Below are positions 21,170-31,100 of a DNA stretch of 50,716 nt, in pieces. The first letter of the stretch is position 1, and every line of letters starts with the position of its first letter. The notes beneath the pieces were generated by a model. The model did no database searches, was not told where the DNA came from, and was given only the letters and a program-made list of their open reading frames with translations. A program made the translations under genes and the position numbers. The stretch comes from Prasinococcaceae sp. CCMP 1430 (taxonomy: Eukaryota; Plantae; Prasinodermophyta), in assembly GCA_013416795.1 (NCBI GenBank), contig RQSC01000028.1, positions 887,885-938,600 of the forward strand, in the 5' to 3' direction.

Positions 21170-21600
21170 GCGTTTTTAGTTAAGGTTATGGTGTTTGGGG
21201 TTCAATGCGAGGGTTCGAATTAGGGTTGGCGCGCGATATGCGCCGAGGCGCGCGCGCGCGCGCGGGCGCGCGCGATTCGCGGAGCGCGCTTTCGTCGCGT
21301 TTTCGACCGCCGTTCCGCGCGTCGCGAGGTGCGAAGCGACCACGCCGCCGCGCGGATTCGCGCGCGGGCGATCGGCGCGCGCGCGCGCGCGCGTTTTCGC
21401 GCCGGGCGCGCGGGTTCCGCAACAGGGACGCCATCACGTGGGTCAGAAAGGAATCCATACAATGTCTAAAAAGTATTGAATATAAAGGAATCCACGTGTG
21501 GTCGCCACGGATGCGCGAATGAGAGCTCAAAACGAGTGCGAAGGGTGGAACCCACCTGCCTTTTTTTTTACACACTATTTATTTTTGATGGTTTTTTGGT
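21170..21600. promoter_or_regulatory. Divergent promoter island between DDM1 and SRP54 exon 1, with telo-box-like AGGGTT motifs
   Basis: AGGGTT at 21210 and TTAGGGTT at 21220-21227; AT-rich patches; TATAAA near 21481. Confidence 0.5.
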
Positions 21601-21635
21601 GGGGTCCTTTTGCTGCGGCGGCTGTTTGTTCGCCT

Positions 21636-21712
21636 GCGTGTGCGTGTGCGTGCGCGTGTGCGTGCGCGTGTGCGTGCGCGTGTGCGTGTCCTTGTGCCTG
21701 CGCGTGTGCGTG
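21636..21712 (+). repeat. Imperfect (GTGCGT/GTGCGC)n repeat just upstream of the SRP54 start codon
   Basis: Seen directly. Confidence 0.85.
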
Positions 21713-21794
21713 GGGCGGCAGAGAGCGCGCGTCTGCCGGTCGGTGCCTGCGGGGCCGCGGCGCGCGGCGTGTGCGCGCGCGTGCGCCGGCAGCC

Positions 21795-21845
21795 ATGGTG
21801 CTCAACGAGCTGGGCGACTCCATCAGCAATGCGCTGCGAAAGATG
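21795..21845 (+). CDS. SRP54: SRP54 exon 1 (MVLNELGDSISNALRKM), phase-0 donor GTGCGC at 21846
   Basis: gccATGG context; matches the canonical SRP54 N-terminus pattern MVLxxLGxxIxxALRx; these are exactly the 17 residues missing from the exon at 37311. Confidence 0.9.
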
Positions 21846-22520
21846 GTGCGCGCGCGCGCACCCTCACCCACCCCCCATCCCGTGCGCGCGCGGGCGCGCG
21901 CTCGCTGCGCCGGCGGGAGCCGGAGCGGGGGAGTCGCGCGGCCTCGCGCCGCGGGTTGGCCGCGCCATGGTCGCTTGTTGGCGACACAGGAGCACCCGCC
22001 CGCCCCGCCCCCCTTGCGGGGCGAGCGCGCCGCCGCGCCGTGTGGCACGCCTGCCAGCGCGCAGTCTCTCAAATGCGACCCCGCAGAACGAGGGCGTTCA
22101 CGTCCGCGCGCACCCGCAGGCCGCGCAGCGCCACGCGCGCCACGGGGTGGTCGGGAGGGTAGGGGGCGAGGGCTCAGGGATGGGGCAGGGCGCCAGAGCC
22201 TTTGTCGCGCGCGGCGAAGGGGGGCGGGGCGGGTGGGCAGGGGGAGTGTGAGCAGCCGACAGCCCGCGCGCCCCCGCGCCGCTGCCGCTGCTGCTACATT
22301 CGGCGGACTCTCCCGTGGGGGTTCCCCCAGCCGCGCCCGCGCGGGCCGGACCGACGCGCGCAGGTGTGCGCGCGGGGGCGGGAGGGAGTGCGAGGGGGGA
22401 CGGTGCTGTGGGTACTGCGCGCGTGCGCAGTAATGGAGGGAACGGCGTGGACGCGGGCCGTGCTGCGAGGCACGGAGTGGCGTCGCGGGGCGCGGAGTGC
22501 CACAGAGCGCGCGTGGGACG

Positions 22521-23873
22521 ATGGATGACGGAGGCGGCGGCGGCGGCGCATCGGTTGGCGGCGGCAGCGGCGGCGGCGGCAGGGCGGCGACGCGGCCGTC
22601 ACTCCTGGGAGCGGCGGTGTTCTGGGAGGGCGGCGTTCCGCTCGCGGCGGTGGGAGCGATAGCTGTCGGCGATGGCGGCGGTGGTGGGGCGCACTCGCAG
22701 TTGCAAGCGACGTGCGCGCTGCTGGCGGCGCTGCGCACGCTGTACGGGAGTCAGGGTGACGGTGGCGACGACGAACGCCCGCCGCTTGAGGCGTTTCTAG
22801 AGCTGGGCGACCGCTGCGTAGCAGTTCACGCATGCAGCTCGCACAGCGGCGTATGCATCGCAGTGGCGTGCGATAATGCAGATGAGGCGGCAGGCGGCGC
22901 GGATGAGGCCACTCGCGCCGCAGCGGTGCTCGCCGCGCGGCATGTCGCCGCGCAGCTCGACGCGCAACACGGCAATGGCACGGGCGGCAGCGGAAGGCTG
23001 AGCAAGCTCGTTTGTGCCGCGGCTGCGCGTGCACGCGCAGCGGTGGACTCGTACGACGTGCACACGGCGAGCGCGAGCGCCGACGCTAGCGCGGACGTGC
23101 ACGCACGCACTGCCGCGAATGGCTTCGGCATCGACGAGTGCACCGCGCCCGAGCTGCGCAAGTTCGCAGGCGCGGTGATGTGCGGCACAGTGTCGTGCCC
23201 GCCACACGTCGCGGGATGGCTCGCGCCGATACTGCGCGCGCGTGGAGTGCGCGCAGCCGCGCTGCTTGACGTGCGCACGGGCGGAGTGCTCGTGCGCGAG
23301 GGCGCCGATGCTAGTGGGGCGGCGCGAGCGGTGTTCGCACCCCACGCCGTCGCGCGACCGAGCCTGGTCGCGCTCGCCGCTGGTGCAGCTGAGGGCGCGG
23401 CCGGAGCGAGCGTGCACGCGGCGCGAGTGGCAGGCTTTGAGGGCTTGCACGCCGCGGCGCTTGGAGCTGGGTTGGACACAGCCTTCGTGGTTTGCTACGC
23501 CAAAGAAGGCGCGTTCGCGGCGGTGGGCGAGGCTGATGTCGGGGCGGCGCCGGCGCACATCACCGAGGCACTCCTCGCGGCGCGCGCAGCCGCAGCGGAG
23601 GACTTTGGAATGGGTTGCGTCGCCACACACCTGGATGCTGGCGATGGCGACGACAGCGAGGTTGAGGACGTGCTCGCTCACTCTCCTCTACGAGCTGAGC
23701 GCTCTGCCCCTGTAGACATGGGTGCTACCCTGGGCGACGATCTGGTTATCCCTCTCAAGACGCCTTCGGACGTGCGCGCCCGACGGCTCACGCCTGCAGC
23801 TACGGGCGAGGGCGCTGCCCGCGGCGCTGCCCTGACAGACGGACTGGCCAGCACACCTCGCATCGTCTGGTGA
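22521..23873 (+). CDS. Uncharacterised Ala/Gly-rich protein, 450 aa; N-terminal region possibly a Fuzzy-type longin domain
   Basis: Long ORF with coding codon bias. GGVPL...ATCALLAALRTLY...VAVH...VCIAVA pattern resembles a longin fold (inference). Confidence 0.6.
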   Translation: MDDGGGGGGASVGGGSGGGGRAATRPSLLGAAVFWEGGVPLAAVGAIAVGDGGGGGAHSQLQATCALLAALRTLYGSQGDGGDDERPPLEAFLELGDRCVAVHACSSHSGVCIAVACDNADEAAGGADEATRAAAVLAARHVAAQLDAQHGNGTGGSGRLSKLVCAAAARARAAVDSYDVHTASASADASADVHARTAANGFGIDECTAPELRKFAGAVMCGTVSCPPHVAGWLAPILRARGVRAAALLDVRTGGVLVREGADASGAARAVFAPHAVARPSLVALAAGAAEGAAGASVHAARVAGFEGLHAAALGAGLDTAFVVCYAKEGAFAAVGEADVGAAPAHITEALLAARAAAAEDFGMGCVATHLDAGDGDDSEVEDVLAHSPLRAERSAPVDMGATLGDDLVIPLKTPSDVRARRLTPAATGEGAARGAALTDGLASTPRIVW

Positions 23874-23928
23874 GTGGCGGCACCACGCCGATTCAGGCGC
23901 GCGTGCAGTGGCGAATAAGAAGAGAACG

Positions 23929-25911
23929 TTATTCGACGAGTTTGAGCAAAATGGCTTTGAGCATGCGCGCCTCCTGCGACACCGTGCGCACGTTGTCGGT
24001 GCCCGCCATCGAGCCCGACTGGTTGAAGTTGCAGAGGATGTTCTTGCCGTGCAGGTCGGCCGCCTCGAGGAATGCGAGCATTTCGTGCAGAGAGGCGTCG
24101 GTCAACACGATCATGTGCTTGGCGAGGTTTTCGATGACCGCCATGAAGCACCGCTTGGCATAGAACCAGGTATCCGTCTCCAGCTTCTTATTATACGGTT
24201 CCAGGCTCTTGATTATGCGCGAAATGCCGAACTCGAAGTTCCCCTTGGCGCAGTACAGCGTTCCGATCACCAGGTTGACAATGCAGAGGTGGAAGGACTG
24301 CTTGTCAGGATCTTGGTACGCCTGCCTCTCCTCCTCCCTCTCGATGCGCCGCATGAGCTCCTCGGCCTCCTCATTCTGGCTCGTCATGATATAGCTCACG
24401 CACAGGTTCGCCAGCACGATCGCCGTCACGCCCAGGAGGTCCTCGCTGTGCTTCTCCGCGATGGGCTCGTAGTAGCGGATGGCCTCCTTGAACTTCTTGT
24501 CCTGCATGAAAAAGGTGTGGGCCACGTTGAGCCGCCACGTGTCATGTTCAGAGCAGAATTCGGCGCTCTGACGGAAGACGCGCTCGACCTGCTCGTAGTT
24601 CTCCATGTCCCAGTACACGCGCGCCATGGCCATCAGCCCAGGTATGTACGCCTCGAGCGCGTCGTCGTACAAGGCGATCGACCGGCGCAGCGACTCGTTG
24701 TCTCGCTCGATGCGCGCGTCCTGGATCTGCTTGGTCAGGCGACGCAGCACGTCCACGTGGCGCTTGGCGGCGACGTCGAACTTGCGGAACGCCTCGTCGG
24801 GGCTCGTTTGCGATGCGATGGTCGCCTCGAGGTACTCGTACAGGTCGGGTGTGAGGTGCTTGGAGGTCAGGTGGGCGTTCTCGGCCATCACGTCGGCGGC
24901 CTGGTCGAAGAAGCCGTGCGAGGGCTTGCAGTAAAGCAACAGCAGGTTGCCGAAGGTCTCGGGCGGGAAGGGCGGGTTCTGCAGCAGGAAGTTGAGCTTT
25001 TGGAAGCCCGTCTGCGGGTCGTCGTCCATGTGCATGAGCGCCTGGTTGTGCAGCGTCACCGGGTCGAGCTCCTCGTCCGCTCGTGGCGGCATGTCGGCGA
25101 GCGCCTCCTTGATGGCGTCCGAGTTGCGCATCTGGTACTCGATGGCCGCCTTGAGGTTGAACGCCTCCACCAGCGCGGTCTCGCGTAGCGTCTGTGAGTT
25201 TCCTACCGACCGCACCTCGACGCCATCCCCGTACGACCCCACGCTCAGCTCGGGGTGCTCAAGCATGCCGCGCTCGATCACCTCGGACACGCTCTTCACG
25301 GCCGGGCCGTACTGCTTGAGCTTGTAGTGGCACAACGCGTCGTTGTACGCGAGCTCCGACACGCCTATCGTGCTGCCACCCGGTGTGTCGGACGCCCTCA
25401 GCCCTTCGGCAGCCTTGGCGGCCTCCTCGAAGAGCAGCCTGGCGTCGTTGAACCGCCCCTCCTTGTACGCCACGCAGCCGCGGTTGTTGACCGTGGCGAC
25501 TGGATCGACGCCCGTCTCGTGTTGCGCCTGGTCGAGAAGCGCTTTGCACGTCGCCATCTCGTCCATCTCGTACGCGATCACCGCCTGCAGCGACACATCG
25601 TGCTGCGCCTTGGCCGCGCTCTGCGCCTCGGCGTATTCGCCGGCCTTGTAGAGCGCCTGCGCATGGTGCGCACGGTACTCGGGCACGTCTGGGTACAGCC
25701 GCGCGAGCTCCGAGTAGCAGCGCGCGGCCGCCGCGAAGTCTGACCCGCCATGAAAGTGGCAGTACCCGAGCAGCGAGAGCGTCGCGCGGCTCTGCGGCCG
25801 CTCCGCGAGCCGCGGCTCGAGCAGCGCGACCGCGTCGGCGAACTTCTGGTCGGCGATGAGGCCGTACACCGTCGCCGTGAGGTGGCCGTCCGCGGCCGCG
25901 CCGACGGCCAT
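23929..25911 (-). CDS. IFT70: Intraflagellar transport protein IFT70 (TTC30/DYF-1/fleer), 660 aa
   Basis: TPR array; ETALVEAFNLKAAIEY, DMPPRADEELDPVTLHNQAL, NPPFPPETFGNLLLLYC, HLCIVNLVIGTLYCAKGNFEFGISRIIKSLEPY. Confidence 0.96.
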   Translation of the reverse strand: MAVGAAADGHLTATVYGLIADQKFADAVALLEPRLAERPQSRATLSLLGYCHFHGGSDFAAAARCYSELARLYPDVPEYRAHHAQALYKAGEYAEAQSAAKAQHDVSLQAVIAYEMDEMATCKALLDQAQHETGVDPVATVNNRGCVAYKEGRFNDARLLFEEAAKAAEGLRASDTPGGSTIGVSELAYNDALCHYKLKQYGPAVKSVSEVIERGMLEHPELSVGSYGDGVEVRSVGNSQTLRETALVEAFNLKAAIEYQMRNSDAIKEALADMPPRADEELDPVTLHNQALMHMDDDPQTGFQKLNFLLQNPPFPPETFGNLLLLYCKPSHGFFDQAADVMAENAHLTSKHLTPDLYEYLEATIASQTSPDEAFRKFDVAAKRHVDVLRRLTKQIQDARIERDNESLRRSIALYDDALEAYIPGLMAMARVYWDMENYEQVERVFRQSAEFCSEHDTWRLNVAHTFFMQDKKFKEAIRYYEPIAEKHSEDLLGVTAIVLANLCVSYIMTSQNEEAEELMRRIEREEERQAYQDPDKQSFHLCIVNLVIGTLYCAKGNFEFGISRIIKSLEPYNKKLETDTWFYAKRCFMAVIENLAKHMIVLTDASLHEMLAFLEAADLHGKNILCNFNQSGSMAGTDNVRTVSQEARMLKAILLKLVE

Positions 25912-26405
25912 CGCGCGCGCGCGGGTTGAAGTCCGAGGCGGCTGCGGCTACGGCGGGCCGCGGCCCTCCCAGCAAGCGGGGGCCTCCCACGCCGCGGGCG
26001 CGCGCGGTGTGGTGCGCGCGCGCGCTCCGCGCGCGCGCATTTGACTGCCGCATCCGCACAGCTGAAAAGCAACGCAAAAAAAAAAGGCAACGCGGATCGC
26101 CATCAAAACCCCTCCGATTTTTGAACCGTTCTCTGCGGGATTCTGCGGAAAGGCCCATCGAAATTTCCTACAGAAATCTCGAATGAAGGCTTTTGTACCT
26201 CGACACGTCCAGAACGCCAACTCGAAAATCCCGCGCGCGCTCTGTGATGGCGGTTTCCGCAGGGCGACATCCACGCCTCGAGCGCCCCTGGGCTGTGCAC
26301 CCGCTCGCGCCGAGCTCGCTGACTCGTCGGCGCTACGAGGAGAAAAAGACAGTACGTAGTATGAATACACGCAGCCGCGCGGCGCACAGGCGGCGCGCGA
26401 GGGCC

Positions 26406-27619
26406 CTACGCCGCCGAAGGCTTGACGATGAGCTTGCGCTCGATCGCCGCCCGCGTGGGCGTTTTCAGGTCCCACACAATGCCGAGCTTCTCCAGCAGGA
26501 GGAGGCTGTAGTAGGTGAAATCCACCTCAAACCAGCGCAGGCCCTGGCGTGCCGAGCTCGGGAATGCGTGGTGATTGTTGTGCCAGCCCTGTTCCAATGC
26601 ACACCGCGAGCAGGGCGAGACAAGTGAGGGTCAGCGCTTGAGGGCGTAGGGTGGGGGCGCACTCGTCTCGCAGAGGTGCAACGGGCGCACGCTTTGCCAT
26701 TCCTCGGATGTCAACTACACGTACCTCGCCGTGCGTGAGCAGCGCGAACCACCAACAGTTGCGGCTATCGTCGCCGGAGTTGAAGCGCCGCTGGCCCACG
26801 ACGTGGACCAGGCTGTTGATGCCGTAGCTCGCGTGGTTGGACAGGATCGTCGACACCACGAATCCCCACAGCAGGCCGTCGAGGCCACCCAGCGCGTAAA
26901 ACAGCGGAATCGATCCCAGAAAGAAAATGTGATGCCGATCGTCCAACCACTTCAGCTCTGCGAGCGACGACGGGCCAATGTGCGCGAGGCGCGCGCTCTC
27001 TGTCAGCTGCCGTGCGTTGGCCCAAGCGGCGCACGCGCACGGCGACATCGCTCAGGGGCAATCCCGCCATATCCTCACCTGGAAACTTGTCCTGATCGAG
27101 CCAGTCCGGCACGTAACTCTCACGGATGTGGTTGTATTCGTCGCTGCACATGAACCAGCCCATGTGCGACCACGCGAAGCCGTGGCGCGGCGAGTGCGCG
27201 TCCTCCTCGCCATCGCTGTGCTTGTGATGGTGACGGTGCATGCTCGACCACCACACGGGCCCACGCTGGCCAGCCATGCAGCACGCCGCGCCGAGGATTG
27301 CCTGAAACCAGCGGCTTGTCTTGAATGACCGGTGGGAAAAGTATCTATGGTAGCCGCACGTCACCACCCACATGCGGACGACGTAGCTGCCGACGAGCCA
27401 GGCCGCGCCATTGGCCGTGAGTGGGTGGAGCACGCACGTCGCGAGCGCGGCCGCGTGCAGAAAGCACATGAAGATGGAGGTCTCGTCGGTCTTCATGGAG
27501 CGAATGGTCTCCCAGAGGCCGTACTCGCGGTTGTGCACGGTCGCCGTCTTTAGCTGCGATGGCGTCCTCTCCGCCGCCACCGCCGCCGCCGCCGCGCCGC
27601 CGCTGCCCGCCCGCGCGCA
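26406..27619 (-). CDS. Membrane delta-9-type fatty-acid desaturase (ADS/DesC/OLE1 family); introns 27078-26958 and 26724-26589; 5' end in the gap
   Basis: His boxes HRYFSH, HRHHH and HNNHH; GFAWSHMGW; both GT-AG introns restore the frame. Confidence 0.92.
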
Positions 27620-28050
27620 NNNNNNNNNNNNNNNNNNNNNNNNNNNNNNNNNNNNNNNNNNNNNNNNNNNNNNNNNNNNNNNNNNNNNNNNNNNNNNNNN
27701 NNNNNNNNNNNNNNNNNNNNNNNNNNNNNNNNNNNNNNNNNNNNNNNNNNNNNNNNNNNNNNNNNNNNNNNNNNNNNNNNNNNNNNNNNNNNNNNNNNNN
27801 NNNNNNNNNNNNNNNNNNNNNNNNNNNNNNNNNNNNNNNNNNNNNNNNNNNNNNNNNNNNNNNNNNNNNNNNNNNNNNNNNNNNNNNNNNNNNNNNNNNN
27901 NNNNNNNNNNNNNNNNNNNNNNNNNNNNNNNNNNNNNNNNNNNNNNNNNNNNNNNNNNNNNNNNNNNNNNNNNNNNNNNNNNNNNNNNNNNNNNNNNNNN
28001 NNNNNNNNNNNNNNNNNNNNNNNNNNNNNNNNNNNNNNNNNNNNNNNNNN
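27620..28050. other. Assembly gap between the divergent desaturase and Brr2 genes
   Basis: Run of N. Confidence 0.99.
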
Positions 28051-28119
28051 CGCAGCTGCTGCCCGCGCCCGCGCCGTCCGCGGAGCCCCGCCCGTTGCAT
28101 CCGTCCGAGGGAAGGGGGG

Positions 28120-31100
28120 ATGTCGCGCGCGGCGGAGCAGCATGGCCACCGCGAGGGCCGGCGCGTCAAGCTCGACGGCGCGGGCGGCGCCGAGGCGCAC
28201 GCGCGCTTTCGACAGTACGAGTACAAGGCGGTGCGTCACGGCGCGACGCGGCGCGCGGCGCGTGGCATGCGTGCTCAGGCATGGGCGCGGGCGTACTTGG
28301 GAGGGAGGACGCGCGCAGTACTGTGCTGCGCGTCCGCGCGCACGCCTGCGATCGTGCCGGGCGCGTCTGCGCCCGCGTCTGCGCGGCGCCGCGCACGCCG
28401 TGCGCTCCTCCGTGCCCCACCTGACGCTGACGCGCGAGCGCCGCCGGCGCCCCGGCTGCCATGCAGACTGCGAGCCTCGTGCTCACGTCGGACGCGTTCA
28501 AGAACCGCGGAGCGCGCGAGCCGAGCGGCCTGCCGGAGTCGCTCGCCGGCAGGGTCGACGCGGCCTCGTTCGGCTCGCGTGCCCGGCCCGATGTGAAGGA
28601 GGTACGCACCGCAGACGCCGCCCTAAAATATGTCGCCGCTGAGCGTCCCGCAGCCCAGCGTCCATGTGCCGAACAGAACGCGCCAGCGCGGCGCTGCCAG
28701 GGCCTGCCTGATTCACGCTGACACGCGAGGGCTGCCCATTGCCGCTTCGCCACCCGCTCGCCACCTCGCTGCTCGTGGACGCGCGCGCGGGTTCGGGCCC
28801 GGGCACGCCTACTCATGCAGGGGTTCGAGGATGCCAAGGGCAAGCGCGCGGCTGCGCAGGCGGCTGGGGGGCGGCAAAAGAGGCGGCGAAGCGGCGGCGG
28901 CGGTGCTGGCGGGGTGGGGCTGGCATCTCAGTCCGTTCTCACGGTCGGCTTGGATACCATCTACCAGCCGAAGACCAAGGAGACGCGCGCGGCGTACGAG
29001 GTGCTGCTCTCGACGATCGGCTCGCAGTTCGGTGACCAGCCCGCGGACGTGCTGCGCGGTGCCGCCGACGAACTCCTGCTGGCGCTCAAGGACGAATCTA
29101 TGACCGACCCGCAGCGCCAGTCGGCCTGCTCGTCGCTACTGCCGGGGCTGGACAAGGATGGGTTCGCACGGCTCGTCGCGCTCGGGAAGCGCATCACGGA
29201 CTTCGCGCCACCCACAGAGGGCACGCAGGCGGACGATGCTGGCGGCGACGCCGGCGATCTCGACGACGACGTCGGCGTCGCGGTTGAATTCGAGGACGAG
29301 GAGGACGAGGATGAGGACAAGGAGGGTCTGCTGGCCGAGATCGAGTCAGACGAGGACGCGTCTGGCGACGACGAGGCTGAACCGGCGACTCGGCAGGCCG
29401 GCGTGGTGGGTGACATGGACGTGGGAGGGGACGGGGGCGCGGCGCAGGACGATGGCCTGCCGGTCCAGTCCATCGATGCGTACTGGCTGCAGCGCGAGCT
29501 TGAGAAGGCCTTTCCGGGCAAGCAGCCCGCCGAGTGCCAAGCGCTCTCAGAGGAGGTCCTCGGAGCCCTCGACGAGGCGGACGCGCGCGAGGCTGAGAAC
29601 AAGCTCGTGCTGCTGCTTGACTTCAGCCACTTCGACCTGGTGAAGCTTTTGCTGTCGAACCGTCTAAAGATCGTGTGGTGCACGCGCCTCGCGCGCGCGA
29701 CGTCGGAGGACGAGCGCAACGAGCTGAAGGGGCAGATGACCGCCGCGGGCGGCCCGTTGGCGGCCCTCGTCGAGGCGCTCAGTGCGACTCACACCAGCGC
29801 GAAGGATCGCCAGCGCGACCTCGAGGCGAAAATCCGCGAGGAGGCGCGCAGGCTGCGCGGGGCGCAAGGGAGCGACGCCGCACCCACGCGCGCGGGCACC
29901 TCGGGCGGTGTGTGGCACCAGGGGGCGCTCAAGCCCATCGAGCTTGACGAGCTGGCCTTTTCGCAGGGCGGGCAGCTCATGTCAAACACGCGCTGCGAGC
30001 TGCCGCAGGGCAGCTATCGCACCACCAAAAAGGGTTACGAGGAGGTGCACGTGCCCGCCCTGAAGCCCACGCCCTTTGGGGAGCAGGAGAAGCTGCGCGA
30101 GATTGCTGCCCTCCCGTCGTGGGCGCACCCAGCCTTCGAGGGCATGAAGACGCTCAACCGCGTGCAGAGCCGCGTGTGCGACTGCGCGCTTTTCTCGGGA
30201 GAGAACATGCTGGTGTCGGCACCCACCGGCGCGGGCAAGACAAATATCGCTGTGATGACTCTGCTGCACACCATTGGCTCGTATCGCAAGGAGGATGGCT
30301 CCATCAACCTGGACGGCTTCAAGTGCGTGTACATTGCGCCCATGAAGGCGCTGGTGGCAGAGATGGTCGGCAACCTTGGCCACCGCCTGGAGGCTTACGG
30401 CGTGAAGGTGCGCGAGCTTACCGGTGACTCCTCGCTCTCTGCCGCCGAGCTCAAGGAGACACAGGTCATCGTGTGCACTCCCGAGAAATTCGACATCGTC
30501 ACCCGCAAGGCCAACAACCGCGACTTTGCTACCAAGGTCAAGTTGATCATCATCGACGAGATCCATTTGCTGCACGACACGCGCGGGCCCGTGCTCGAGA
30601 ACGTGGTGGCGCGCACGATTCGCAACGTGGAGTCAACGCAGCAGATGACGCGCATCGTTGGCCTCTCCGCCACGCTTCCCAACTACAAGGACGTGGGCGC
30701 GCTCCTGCGCGTGGACGAGGAGAAGGGCCTCTTCTTCTTCGACAATAGCTACCGTCCGTGCCCGCTGCAGCTGAGCTTTGTGGGCGTGACCGTGCGAAAG
30801 CCGTTGCAGCGCTTCCAGCTAATGAACGAGATCACGTACGAGAAGGTGCTGGCTTCTGCCGGCAAGCACCAGGTGCTCGTGTTCGTGCACAGCCGCAAGG
30901 AGACGGCCAAGACGGGCAACTACCTGCGCGACACGGCGATGGAGAAGGACGACCTCCCTCGCTTTCTGAAGGAGGACGGTGCGAGCCGCGAGATCCTCAC
31001 CACCGAGGCGGAGGGCGTCGCCAACGCGGACCTGCGCGCCCTGCTGCCGCATGGCTTCGCCATCCACCACGCCGGCATGGCACGCAAGGACCGCACACTG

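Noticed and set aside
23908-25188. Long antisense or alternate-frame ORFs over real genes (also 12188-13744, 30819-31697, 33702-35252, 41860-44178)
   Set aside because: Shadow ORFs expected at about 70% GC with biased codons; no recognisable motifs.
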